A DNA stretch of 64,000 nucleotides from Phoronis australis (taxonomy: Eukaryota; Animalia; Phoronida). The DNA is taken from positions 99,916 through 163,915 of the forward strand of contig NMRA01000671.1 of the NCBI GenBank assembly GCA_002633005.1. The letters run 5' to 3'. Shown in pieces: positions 52,801 to 63,225 of this stretch (position 1 is its first letter; each line of letters opens with the position of its first letter). Made by a program: the position numbers and the translations under genes. The notes under the pieces were generated by a model. The model made no database searches. It worked only from the letters and a program-made list of their open reading frames with translations, and was not told the DNA's origin.

Positions 52801-55800
52801 AATGTGAAAAATACAGTAGGATTGCCGCCGTCTAAAGGGTGGAATTTTGAAGAATGTGAAAACCACTCTCTGTGAATTACACAAAAGACGATTTCTGATA
52901 GGTCCGTAATATCACAGGAAAAGGGTCTCCTTTGAAGATCTTTACTATGAGTTGTTTGTAAAGAATTCCCACATGTGCTAAACACTGCTGTATAGGCTAC
53001 TACATGTCGGAAGGGTTACTAAAAGAACTCTCGCAATCATAAACAAAGATTTCAAACTTTTTTGTGTGAGGATTTCAAGTTTACCTCGTGAGCCGTTATA
53101 GGTACCTCTGAAATGACCAAAAACACACCTTAATGCGAATGCCCCATCTCCCGTATTCCCCCGGTTACCCCGGCGTCAAAAGTCTGCAAGCATGCATGCG
53201 GAAATTGCTTACAACATTCCGTTTTGACAAATAAATTCGTTGGTTTCTGATTTACTTGTTTATGTATCTACGAAAATCGATAGATTCATAGATGGTTTTT
53301 GACAATTAGAAGATAATCTTTGTAAAGTAGAATTGGTACAGTAATCTTTCGGTGAATTTACTTGCAGTCTGAAGGTGGAAAAACTCGATAATCCGATTCC
53401 TAAATAGTAAAGTACACTAATAGACTTTTGCATATCTAAACTCTCAAAGACATTATGAAACTTGGACTCACACACCATAGATAGAAAAAAAGTTTTGAAA
53501 AAATCCTTAAATAAATGAAATTAAACTCATTGCTTGGAAAGGTGTTTTTAGTTTCCAGTAGTGTTGAGCAATAAATTTTTGTTTTTCAAAACTGAATTGA
53601 TTGTTTGTCCTAATTCGCGTGCACGTCATGACTGACGTTACCACGATAAAAATAAGATGTGTTCATGCAGTAGGCCCTCGCAGAATCTCAGTGATCCACG
53701 GGAACTGAATTTGAACTCCAGGCTTTCAGAAATTGTGTACATTTTTGGAACTTACTGTCGTTTTCCCAGCCACCAGAAACTGGACTACCGTTCGAGTTTC
53801 AACTAGACATTTTGAAACAGCCCCAAAGGCACTATACAAGGGACTTCGGAACATAACCTTTTTCAAAGAAAACTCCTTTCAAAAAATTCCTCCAAAGAAT
53901 GACCATATCAAAAATGTTTTCCGAAACTGGATCACAATGAAACGAATACCAGTGGCGGACTTAGGGGGAGGGGGGCAAGGCGCCCCCGCCCTAAAATTGT
54001 CCCGGATACCATTTGACAGTTCGGGGTGGGCATTGATGACTAGCACATGGTCGCTCCCATGGGGACTCGGGGGCCGAATGCACAATGCATAAGTTTTTAG
54101 TAATTAGGTCCACAAACTAAAAAATTCGAGAGAGACCCCTACATCCCTGCATTTTTAGGGTGGGTGCGCGCTTGTGGCAAAATTCTGATTACTCCTGTGC
54201 CCTGCCCCCCCAACTCAAAATCCTGGATCCGCCCCAGAATCTTGACCTTACAGCGAGTGCAGACTGTCGGTACGAGCTACATGTTTCAAGTAAATCACAG
54301 CTGAGCTGATCAGTAAATACAGTGTAGCTTTAGTTCATCGCGAATTTCGTATTTTCACACTGTTAGGTCTCAGCTACTTGAGACAGCTCCTCGCTACAGG
54401 ACAGTGTACAGGTCCTAGGCCCATTCAATTACTCTTCGTGTTTGTTCACGGTTGCTGAACACTTGCAGCCGATTTCATGAAGGTGGTTTAACAAAACCAG
54501 GTTTAACACTTAAACCTGGTCTTCCTAAACCTGGTCTAATTTTAGACCTAACTTGCATTTCACCAACGTGGTTCAAAAGTCTGAGAGCCTGGTTTTGACA
54601 CCATGGATTTTTGAACATTTCGAATTACCGGTGGCCACAGACTAAATGTATGACGTAAAATTTAGCCAAATCCATGATTATTTTGTGTTATTAGCTCGAA
54701 ATTCAGATTTCTCTTTCATTTTTGCCAATTTTCACATTTCCCGCCATGTGAAATCATGGGTTGAACACAAGAGATCAGCGACTAGCATTGAACAACGGCG
54801 GAGAGTAGGGAATTTGAAAGCGACAACGATTATGAGCAAGAAATGAACAAATACTATGAAGAAACGTACGAGAATGGTGGCCAGGATTACGAAATGAGGT
54901 TGCACGAAAGCAAAAACGAGTTTGATATGTTTTCAGCTGCGTACTTTTCTACTTTGAGGCCTTACGAACTGGATCCTCCCGCGAGAGAAGCGGCCTCTGG
55001 CTCGGCCAGTCAACCCAGTCATCCAACAGACGATCCTGAATAAAGAGCCGATGTTTCTGAATAGTAAACATTGTCCTTTATTGAACCAGGCCTTCATCGT
55101 AACATCTCCTCTGATTGAGTCGAAACACGACTCCTCAAAGTGGGCAGAACACAGAGTGGCCCCGGACAGAATCGCTTGGTCCACGCTGAGGTTCAACACT
55201 CTTGTTCGGCGCACGAAGCGATGCCACTACTGCGCAACTTTGGCGTCCTTCGGAACACCGAGACGTTCTCCGTCTGACTGCTGTAGCTGCAGCCTCCGCA
55301 CATCTTTTCATCCCTCTACGAACCTTCTCGACGCTAAATATACTTTACTTTCACTTCACTCTATACACTTAGTTGCTGATCCGAACAGTTTGCCGAACGA
55401 CTTGGGTTCAACCCATGACGTTGTACATAATTATTATTTTTTTCAATTTTTATGTGTTTCTTTATGAGCTGTGCACTAAAGGCACTGAAATCAAGTAAGA
55501 TATAATAATAAAATTTATTTTGAGGTACTAGAGTCATGTTGCGTACAATTTAAAGTATCAAACGCACCCCACTGTGACGAGGTGGGTAAACAAAACAAAG
55601 AAACTATTGAAGTGCTTAATGAAACCTTGATCACGTGGCATACACCAGTAGAATCAGTGCAGACATTTACGACAAAGGTCTAAAAGCTTTTCCCAAGAGG
55701 AAAAATGTAATTTGTGTGCCCAACGCACACACATGAACATGCTCACTATTAGATGTAATATGATAAATGCACAAATGTATTTCCGTGTCATTTTAGTTTT

Positions 55801-58800
55801 TATTTTTCTCGGCCAAAGGGGGGGCAAGACCCCTTCCCGGCAACATTGTATCGGAGAACAGTGGAGGTGGAACTCAGAGAGAAGAATTAGAGGATGCTGT
55901 CTTAAGTCAAATCCGTAGGGCTTGCGACGATGAGACCTGCTCGACCAGACGTATTCTGAGGAATCCGCAGGACACACTCCAGCACGTACTGGTCTACGCA
56001 TAGGCGGATCCAGGGGGGTCAAGGGGTCCGGAGCCCCCTTTTTCCCTTGATTTTAATGATATCAAATCTATAATGTTCAAATTGTTGACTTGGTCCCCCC
56101 TTTCAAAAAGTTCTTGACCGTCCCCTCTGTATTAAAAAATCCTGGATCCGCCCCTGCTACGTTTGATCTCGTGTCGTAGTAAACCTGAATAATGAAAATA
56201 GCCCATTTTCGCTCTAAAACTGCGTCGCAATTGCACACCGCGGCATCGTTCAGTTGTACCTATACCATGCAAGTCTGACATATTTAAGAGTTAAACCTGG
56301 GTCCGACCAAGTCTAAAGTTAAACATGGTTTAAGATCTTAATACAGGTCTAAAGAATATAGACCTCGTTGGTGAAATGAAAACTGACTTAGACCAGGTCT
56401 AAACTGGAGTTAAACCAGGTTTTACAAGACCACTGGTCTAAAAGTTAAACCACCTTTATGAAATGCAGATTATTATTAAACCTGGTCTAAGTCCAGTTTA
56501 AACCTGATTTAACTTTAAACCACCTTTATGAAATCGGCTGCTGATGGCTTCATCCCCGGGATTTTCCCAGGCGTGGATTCAGGATTTTGCATTGGGGAGG
56601 ACGCGCAGAGTATTAGCCAGGGTTTTACACGTCAGGAATTCGCACCCCCGAACTGTCAAATGGAATCTGGGAGAAATTTAGGGGGTCATGGCCCCTTGGC
56701 CACCCCTAAGTCTGCCACTGTGCCCCCCACCTATGGCAGACGTGCAAACCATATGCATGATATTAATGAGATCAAGTACTGTAGTAATGTTTCAAACCTA
56801 CATTCACAACCAGGCTTCACTGTGCATGTACATGTATCTCCTTAACGCTTTGTGAAATTTGGCAGATGTGTGGCTATGGAGATAACAGCGGAGAACGACA
56901 AATTTTAGACCAATCCGACTGCAGCTAGGTCCCCTCATTAGTGGCAATTTTCTTTGTTGGCGTTCACCTTTGTATCTTTGTAGTTCGTTTTTGGATTTCC
57001 TCGGAACCTGGCGTCCCCTCTCCTCATACGCCAACTGCTCAAGGAGCATTCACGAAACTTAACGGTTGTGTTTCTAAGTAGAACATCTTGAACGACGGTG
57101 ATTTTGGACTTGCCTGGCAACTGTGGCGCCGCTGGTGGTAGTTCTGTCTTTTTATGTCCCTTGCTGACCTTCCTGATGCCTTTGCGGGATCTTAACTCAA
57201 AGGGCAATCTAGTTCAAAACCTTGAAGATATACATGTATATCAAGTTAAATGAGAATATCACCCTAAAACAACCTCAATTGCAATAACGCGCACCTGTGC
57301 TTGATTTCGCAGCCAGGACACTGACAGTTATCGGCGAAGTAATTCCCCCGCAGGCGCCGTGACTCTTCGCCGGGAAAATAATCACTTGCTCAAAGTGGAT
57401 TTAATTTTAATTAGTACGTAAAATACAATTTTAAAACCTGGCAGAAACTTACAATATATTCATCTGCGAAGCAAACTGGTTGAGGAGTGCTGTGAAAAGT
57501 ATTCAATGAGCTGAATGTCGGCTATGGGAAACTACATGTATTGCATTGTTAGGAGCATGATGTAGTATTCTTTGTCTTTTTGTAAAGATCGATAGACCAT
57601 CCATCATCAATTTCCGTGAAGAAATTGACTGACATGGAAATCACTAGGTATGTTCAATAGTTGCCTAGATTTGGCCATTATTGCACACATTTCTGTGGCT
57701 TCTATGTGCAACGGAATAAGGCATATTAATAAGTTTTCACCCACTGACCATTACACCTGAGGCGAACTGCTGCAAATGCAGCTTCATTTTCAAGGTATGC
57801 ATATATGTACAGTTGTAGTAGACCAATTAGGATTTCTAGGGCTGCAGAAGGCGTTTCTGGAAAAGCAGAGGTAATGCACAAACAAGCAAGACGTTGCAGC
57901 TAATTAAGATTGTTGATAATTGTTATCTGTTTTAACGCTGTTACCCATACTGACGCAGCATAAGACGTAATACGTCGGATGACAGCAGCACAAATCCACA
58001 TTTCCCAAGTTTTATCCACCGCACGATTGCATCTCACCAGAGCAGTTTTGGCCTCAAAATTCCTCCACGTTTTTGGACGGGTTTGAAATTTTGCGCGCCA
58101 AATTTTTGACACTGAAAAACTCCTAGCGCAACACTGAAAACGACAACACCACCATCGCCTTCATCACTGTCTTCCTCTTTCTCTTCATCACAAGTACATG
58201 ATGATATCCCTTTAGAAATGAAGAGTAGAAATAGGTGTTCAATCCACGAGAGAACGAGGACTGATCAGTCATTAAAACAATGGTCTGCAGAAAATTGCAA
58301 GTTACTCCAAACGACCAGTGGTTGTGAAACATTGACAACACGCACACTGTGCTGACTGAACTACTGTATCTTGCCTGGTCTATCTACATGCACATTCTGG
58401 CTCAAAACCAACTATACTTCTGTCGCCTTAAATGTCTCTATATTTGAAGGAACATCTTTAAGAACACACATCATATATGATGTACATAATTATTTTCTAA
58501 GGGAACTTGTAAATTTTATTTTTATTTGGTAAAAAGTATACGAATTAACTTGATCGGTGTACTCCTATCAAGCAAGATTTCTGACTTGCTTACAGACAAA
58601 ATTTAGCAATTTATTTAATTACAGTAAATTTTAAGAACCAAAAGCGTGGGCAACATGTTTTGTGTCATCGTGCATTTCTTTATTCCATCCAATATATGAC
58701 GTGTATGTCTCCTTTACTTGCAGTTGACGATTAAGGATCGTGATAAAAATGAAACGTCAAACCACATATGCTCTTCGAAAAACGACCCGCACTTTACAAC

Positions 58801-58812
58801 ATTTGAGGGTCG
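25633..58812 (+). CDS. VWDE: Multi-exon gene (partial) for a VWDE-like extracellular protein: D8C/UMOD-type cysteine-rich domain, linker, start of VWD domain
   Basis: Seven exons (25633-25845, 31002-31208, 31991-32053, 33001-33329, 36098-36184, 47538-47978, 58724-58812) join in frame with junction phases 1,1,1,0,0,0. Motifs CD..LDSGWYRF..AGGTIPTTCV..HCGTKHPGW, IQVRNC...VYHL....CPIGYCAG and C.S.NDPHFTTFEG match D8C and VWD N-terminal signatures. Orthology to VWDE itself is not proven (could be an expanded paralogue). Confidence 0.85.
26576..27423. mobile_element. Non-autonomous element with a ~165 bp terminal hairpin (Crypton-associated type)
   Basis: Long imperfect palindrome at 26579-26742 followed by TTATACCAC, mirrored by GTGGTATAA at about 27415-27423; contains a tRNA-like segment. 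Confidence 0.55.
27262..27335 (+). other. tRNA-derived Pol III promoter segment (SINE-head-like, not an intact tRNA)
   Basis: A box TGGTGTAGTGG at 27272-27282; B box GGTTCGACTCC at 27315-27325; poor acceptor and anticodon stems. Confidence 0.6.
27691..28047 (+). repeat. ~180-bp tandem duplication including a MITE left end
   Basis: TAACTGCGACCCGTACAT...GGCAGATCTA.GATATCACAAGGGGGG twice. Confidence 0.9.
28272..28335 (-). other. tRNA-derived segment (SINE-head-like)
   Basis: Reverse strand GGTGGGGTAGTGGTAAAGCACGCG...GGTCGTGAGTTCGAGTCT carries A- and B-box-like motifs. Confidence 0.55.
28540..30785. repeat. Diverged satellite-like units in opposite orientations (28540-28910 vs 30015-30785) with an internal direct duplication (28912-29155 vs 29250-29500)
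   Basis: CATCTTACTGTTGTGCCATGTACAG-like motif on the - strand at about 28590-28620 and on the + strand at about 30050 and 30460. Confidence 0.7.
31002..31208 (+). CDS. VWDE-like exon, second half of D8C domain
   Basis: Acceptor ttgatttcaag, donor G|gtaaat; encodes GNIPPVKSGIVNRTMC...CCSQLYQIQVRNCSSVEEFVVYHLPRITSCPIGYCA; phase 1-1. Confidence 0.9.
31991..32053 (+). CDS. VWDE-like 63-nt exon
   Basis: Acceptor atttttag, donor G|gtgagt; encodes GNRKPCPAGQTSFTGFPPGCN; phase 1-1. Confidence 0.85.
32764..32915 (+). repeat. (CA)n/(CACG)n microsatellite
   Basis: Direct reading. Confidence 0.95.
33001..33329 (+). CDS. VWDE-like exon (linker/beta-sandwich-like region)
   Basis: Acceptor cttttcgtctgatgtag, donor AAT|gtaagt; in the frame of ORF 32955-33533, includes IQFHCNIP...FFNVRWLIND; phase 1-0. 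Confidence 0.82.
33583..33665 (+). repeat. ~21-bp minisatellite, about four copies
   Basis: TTTTGCGTTCCCTTGCAAAA-like unit. Confidence 0.8.
33666..34126 (+). mobile_element. Truncated related HINE subfamily (TGAGCCCAT subTIR) abutting copy 2
   Basis: Same 5' hairpin, TCCG tract and repeat units with diverged sequence; breaks off where copy 2 starts in a T run. Confidence 0.7.
34127..35662 (+). mobile_element. HINE copy 2
   Basis: Highly similar to 18700-20107 over its length with the same termini. Confidence 0.85.
36098..36184 (+). CDS. VWDE-like 87-nt exon
   Basis: Acceptor ttgtacttgtag, donor GAG|gtgagt; encodes VHCEVMAHFNKTGRPTEWIKSSPFWAGLE; phase 0-0. Confidence 0.88.
37340..37990 (+). 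mobile_element. Older LINE reverse-transcriptase relic
   Basis: Hand translation gives EQYG/RKGRSCVDH, FVNVQKAFDSLDR, VKQGDPLSPTLFSVVINDL, LIDADDMVLL. Confidence 0.8.
38594..38750. repeat. Tandem tiny (~70 bp) GC-rich MITE-like units; related pair at 51389-51532
   Basis: Repeated CATGGGCGGCAC...GCTATAGCCCC units at both loci. Confidence 0.55.
38750..41900 (-). mobile_element. Internally deleted Academ(X)-like transposon relic
   Basis: - strand 39850-39540 reads LTLHCLR/ANHQCAVL...HSWL...MTMPASPLTVL..RCKCKKNMCAGK..CCSAGSNCTEMCSCDNCSN (Cys8-type tail); further decayed coding-like sequence at 41100-41670; boundaries uncertain. Confidence 0.55.
42330..45570 (+). mobile_element. Decayed non-LTR retrotransposon (LINE, RTE-X-like): endonuclease plus reverse transcriptase
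   Basis: GDLNA and ESDHLP (APE endonuclease); KAGGYDG, NYRDICLLSALGKLF, FVDFLKAFD, QGCMVSSLLF, LLHADDIVL, YKYLG (RT); C-terminal RLCELC..VENEYNVVLVC; AATAAA near 45561; many frameshifts and stops. Confidence 0.9.
47538..47978 (+). CDS. VWDE-like exon with probable GC donor
   Basis: Acceptor ctcttttcctatcag; open frame VTNDHMEIREGTEVVVQFAATIPLIG...HPAWLRHVVADVS; donor TCG|gcaagt gives the phase 0 needed by the next exon. Confidence 0.85.
49124..49690. mobile_element. Kolobok-like relic: THAP fragment (+) convergent with P2X7-tail-like ORF start (-)
   Basis: TTAA|AGGAGAA left end; + strand RCIVPACPN...YFLLPRESEMLRKWL...LRVCGL; - strand GYLFEQEYSDEEILEK. Confidence 0.65.
52260..52458. mobile_element. 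~200 bp MITE with TGT...ACA ends
   Basis: ~42-bp imperfect TIR TGTAGAAAATTAAATCAATTACTGGACTTACGGATTG / CAATCCGTAAGTCTAGTAATTGGTTTAATTTTCTACA. Confidence 0.7.
53950..54237. mobile_element. hAT-like MITE (same family), absent from copy A
   Basis: CAGTGGCGGACTT...GGATCCGCCCCAG; empty site near 11775-11785. Confidence 0.7.
54754..55418. mobile_element. Kolobok-like relic: THAP fragment (-) convergent with acidic PYE-motif ORF (+)
   Basis: - strand FPKDAKVAQ*WHRFVRRTR...TLCSAHFEESCF; + strand LRPYELDPPARE; bounded by 18-bp inverted repeat TCATGGGTTGAAC(A/C)CAAG (17 of 18 match). Confidence 0.65.
55999..56156. mobile_element. hAT-like MITE (GGCGGATCC family) with 5-bp TSD
   Basis: Ends CATAGGCGGATCCAGG / CCTGGATCCGCCCCTG flanked by CTACG on both sides. 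Confidence 0.75.
58724..58812 (+). CDS. VWDE-like exon, start of VWD domain
   Basis: Acceptor cctttacttgcag, donor CG|gtaagt; encodes LTIKDRDKNETSNHICSSKNDPHFTTFEG(R). Confidence 0.9.
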
Positions 58813-59048
58813 GTAAGTACAGGAACCCATTTACTCCCAAATTCTTATTTTGTTGCAATTTTCATTTATATCATGTGCCTTGACACTTTATTAAAGAGTT
58901 TTGATCATTTTAATGGAAAAGTGGTTATTTGGGGTCATATTGGGGTCATTTGTAATCGTCCCATTAATGGGACAGTGGGGAAAAATGGGTGCTATATACA
59001 ACATCAAAGCAAATTTATTTCTTACATAATTCCAGTTCATTTTATTAC

Positions 59049-61004
59049 TTTATTATGCGCCCACATATTTATATGTGGACGCATCATGCCGTCATCTCCG
59101 TCCGTCCGTCCGTCCGTCCGGGCGGCGTCCGGTGTCCGGCGTCCAGCGTCCGGCGTCCGCTGCTTTATCTCCAAAACCCTTTGACATACGTTCATGAAAT
59201 TTGGCACATATGTCCATTCAGGCAGGGGACGGCATGTGCGAACTTTCGGACGGATCCGACTACCGGTGTGCCCCCTAGTGGCAATTTTAGTTTTTTACGC
59301 TTATCTTTGCATCTTCAAAAGTCCTGAACGGATTTTCATGAAATTTGGTATGTAGGCACCTTTTTTGTGAGATGACGCTATCCTGCCGTTTTCAGATAGA
59401 TTCGACATAATTTGCGCATCCTAGTGGCCATTTTTAGTGTTTTCGAGTCTGTTCTTGTGCGTCCACCCCTCTATCAACCAAACCGCTCAAAGGATGATTG
59501 TGAAAATTGGCATGTATATGCTTACTATGTAGAGTACGTTTGACGATGATTTTCCGACGATTTCGACCACTGTGGCGCCTCCTAGTGGCAGTTTTTTTGC
59601 GCCTATGGCTGTATCTCCTAAACCGTTCGCAGGATCTTTAAGAAATTCTGTAAGTATATTTATATGATGTTAACAACGGAAGATGACGACTTTTGGACGG
59701 ATCCGACTACCGGTGTGCCCCCTAGTGGCAATTTTAATTTTTTATGCTTACCTTTGTATCTTCAAAAGTCCTGAACGGATTTTCATGAAATTCGGTATGT
59801 TGGCACCTATTAGTGGGATGACGCTATCCTCCCGTTTTCAGATGGATTCGACATAGGTTGCGCCACCTAGTGGCCATTTTTAGTGTTTTCGAGTCTTTTT
59901 TTGTGCGTCCACCCCTCTATCAACCAAACCGCTCAAAGGATGATTGTGAAAATTGGCATGTATACGCTTACTATGTAGAGGATGGTTGACTAGGATTTTC
60001 AGACGATTTGGACTACTGTGGTGCCTCCTAGTGGAAGTTTTGTTTTGTTTGCGCCTATGGCTGTATCTCCTGAACCGTTCGCAGGATCTTTACGAAATTT
60101 TATAAGTGGATTTATATTATGTTAACAACAGACGATGACGACTTTTGGACGGGTCCGCCTACCAGTGTGCTTCCTAGTGGCAATTTAATTTTTTTACGTT
60201 TACCTCTGTATCCTCACAAGTCCTTAAGGGATTTTCATGAAATTAGGTATGTAGGCACCTATTAGTGCGATGACGCTATCCTCCCGTTTTCGGATGGATT
60301 CGACCTAGTTTGCGACACCCAGTGGCCATTTTTACTGTTTTTGAGTCTGTTTTTTGGCGTCCACCCCTCTATCAACCATGATTGTGAAAATTGGCATGTA
60401 TGTTTGTACTATGAAGAGGACGGTTGACGCTGAATTTCCCATGACTTTGATTACGGTGGCGCCTCCTAGTGGCAGTTTTTTGCGCCCATGGCTGTATCTC
60501 CCAAACCATTTGGAGGATCTTTACTAAATTTAGCAAGTGTATTTATGTGATGTTGAAAACTGACGATGACGACTTTAGGATGATTCTGACTATTGGTATG
60601 CCTGTAGTGGCAATTTAAGTATTTTACATTGACCTCTGTATTTTCATAGGTCTTCAGGTTTATACTTTGTGTTACTTCGTGACTATGAAGGAAAAGTTCC
60701 AAGCAGAAATTTGTTTCTGGCATTCTAATGCTGTGCTAATCTCGTATGTTGGTAAATTTGTTTTTAATTCTATGTTTCTGTGGTGCTTTCAGCTAATGAT
60801 GTGTAAGATGTGCTTGTATTATGAAGATCACTCACATTTTGCCCCTAGCCTATTGAGGAGACAATGACCATGCCTTTCCATTTTGCAAAGTACAACATGC
60901 TACATATATGCCCTCTACTGGCCACTTTATGGTACCAATAAACAACCCTAGAAGGATACCTTATACGGTGCAATTGTGGGCGCATTTCAACGCGTTGCTC
61001 TTGT
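59049..61004 (+). mobile_element. HINE copy 3 nested in the piggyBac
   Basis: Same termini; one extra ~450 bp higher-order repeat unit; lies between the piggyBac end and the transposase stop codon. Confidence 0.85.
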
Positions 61005-61187
61005 ATGGATTAGCACATTGTTTCCATGCATATAAAATGAACAAGAACTTATCATAATAATAATTATGACTTATTTTAAGACAATTATCGCTAACGAACA
61101 GTTTTTGAAATATTGCGTACTGCACAGTTTTATTTCGTAGTCGGTCACAGTAACACGATGTTATGACGGCATTGAGGCTGAGTAATG

Positions 61188-63225
61188 TCACTGGTCGTAT
61201 GCAACAAAGCATCTGTCATGCAGGTTTGCCTCACACTTGCTGCAGGCTTTTGTGGTTTTCTTTCCACAGACAAAACAGCGACGCTGAGTAGGCCGAGTGA
61301 TGATATAGTGCTCAGTTTTGTCCATACGAACTTTATCAAGGACATTCTTAGAAAATGGTGTCGCACTTCTTGGTCTTCCCATCAGCTTAGCTGTTTGCCG
61401 TCCTTTGGCAAGGTACACACGGGCGATGTCTCGCCTGACGTCAAGCACATCCTTGGGTTGTTGTTTGACAGCTGGTGTGGCGCGGTACATGTACCACGCT
61501 TGCTGAACACAAACATCCAGACAGTATGCAAAAATGCACCACCACCACTTCTTAGACTGTACACTAACTCTGTACTTATCCACATTCTGGTCCATTCTAT
61601 CGACCCCCTGGTGTTGTTGTAATGTTTAATTACAAATGGCTGTGAGATTTTCACTCTCTTCTTCTCGGCCCTGGACCATCGTTGGGCTTGGTGGACGGGC
61701 TCTACTCCATGGATATTGGATGCTATATTTACAATGCTGTTGTCGTTCCAGCGAACTACCATTAGCATGTTTACTTTGTCCAGGGCAAAATCGCAGTACC
61801 CACGCGGCTTCGATTGCATCTCTTTTATTGGCAAGAGAGGACAATCGCCGACACGATTTGCACGTATGGTGCCAGTTCATGCGATGCCCATCTTTGTCAG
61901 CTCGTCAATGAGAGGGAAGGACGTAAATAAATTGTCGAAGGTTAGATGGTAGCCGTTGTCTTTTTGGAGTTTGGCCAAGAGGTCCAACACCACACCACCT
62001 CCCATTCCAAATGCAGCAGATTCAGTTGCTTGCCTCCCGTTTTTCCCTTGATACGGCTCAAACTGGACAACGTATCCCAGTGGTGTTGTTAGAGCCCACA
62101 TCTTGAAACCGAATCGCATTGACTTCCCTCTAATGAACTGTTTGGCACCATGCCGGCCATAATACGGTATCATACTTTCGTCAATAGACAGGTTTGTTAC
62201 TTGATGAAATTGTTTAAACACCTTTCGTTGATGGCTGATAACAGGGGCCTCACCTTTGCCATCTTGTCTGTCGCATCGAGAGAGTCGTTGTCTGCTAGAT
62301 GGAGGTACTTCATTATTTCGTCAAAGCGATTTCTTGACATGGTGCTGTCCACGGCCTCATTTCTCACATCATCATCCAGTGACCAGTACATACGCCGGCG
62401 AGGAACGGGAGAATAACCAGATACCAAAAGGATTCCAAGGCAACCACGCATCTCATCAGCGATCACTTGAAATGTATGGTTACCTTTGGATGCAGCATAT
62501 TTGATAGTTTGCACAACTAGTAACTCAATTACATCCTGCTCAAAAAAAGTTCAAATAACCCGGGTGGTGTTTGCGGCAGACTTTCACCAACAAAATAAAC
62601 TGGCTGCCACGCAAATTTATCTGACTTTTGGATATCTTCGTCGGACCAGGATCAGGCAACTTTCTGTGTTGGTTTCGGCTTACTGCTTACTTTTCGTTTC
62701 TTTGGAGCAGGCACAACAGGTAAATCGTCACCACTGGCATCTTCGTCTACTTCTTCTTCAACTTCCTCAACAACATTCACATGTCTTCGTTCATTTTGTA
62801 CCAAAGTCACGGACGCAGTAGAAGTCAATAGGCGACGCGGCAAGTTGTCGACATTGCCACTACCATCTTCATCACCACTGTCCTCATCAGTTACGTTGCC
62901 TTCATCAGGAGGATCAATGAAAATATCAGCCCTTTAGAAGTGCTGATCATCCTCCAACATTGAAATTGCATCATTTACCGTGAAGAGTCTGCAAAAATAT
63001 GAAAAAATGTCAATGCTGTTCGAAGGTCTAGAGCACCCATTTGATCCCGTTGTCCCTTTAATGGGACGGATTTAAAATAAGTTATATGTAATTAGCACAA
63101 CATAAAACCACTGAGTAATACGTTATTCACAATCTACAATGGTGTTAATTCATATTTGCAAAATTTCATAGCAATTGTTCAAGTAATAATAACATAAAAT
63201 GAACTTACCTTTGTCTTTTAGTCAT
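61188..63225 (-). pseudogene. piggyBac (PGBD3-like) transposase pseudogene with short first exon
   Basis: Fragments over several frames: DIFIDPPDEGNVTDEDSGDED, SRNRFDEIMKYLHLADN, SIDESMIPYYGRHGAKQFIRGK, FDNLFTS, VRWNDN, C-terminal RRCFVCGKKTTKACSKCEANLHDRCF; stops and frameshifts present; predicted exon 1 at 63225-63209 spliced to 62988. Confidence 0.92.

Larger units (their letters stand above)
54466..56540. mobile_element. Harbinger-like non-autonomous TIR element inserted in copy B
   Basis: TIR CAGCCGATTTCATGAAGGTGGTTTAA / TTAAACCACCTTTATGAAATCGGCTG; repeated subterminal AAACC(A/T)GG motifs; flanks TTG/CTG compatible with a 3-bp TSD; absent from copy A. Confidence 0.75.
51625..56733. mobile_element. 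Inverted copy B of the 11232-13916 element with three secondary insertions
   Basis: Collinear reverse-complement similarity (e.g. 11860-11940 vs 53770-53850; 13740-13880 vs 51630-51770); extra sequence at about 52220-52473, 53950-54237 and 54466-56540. Confidence 0.85.
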
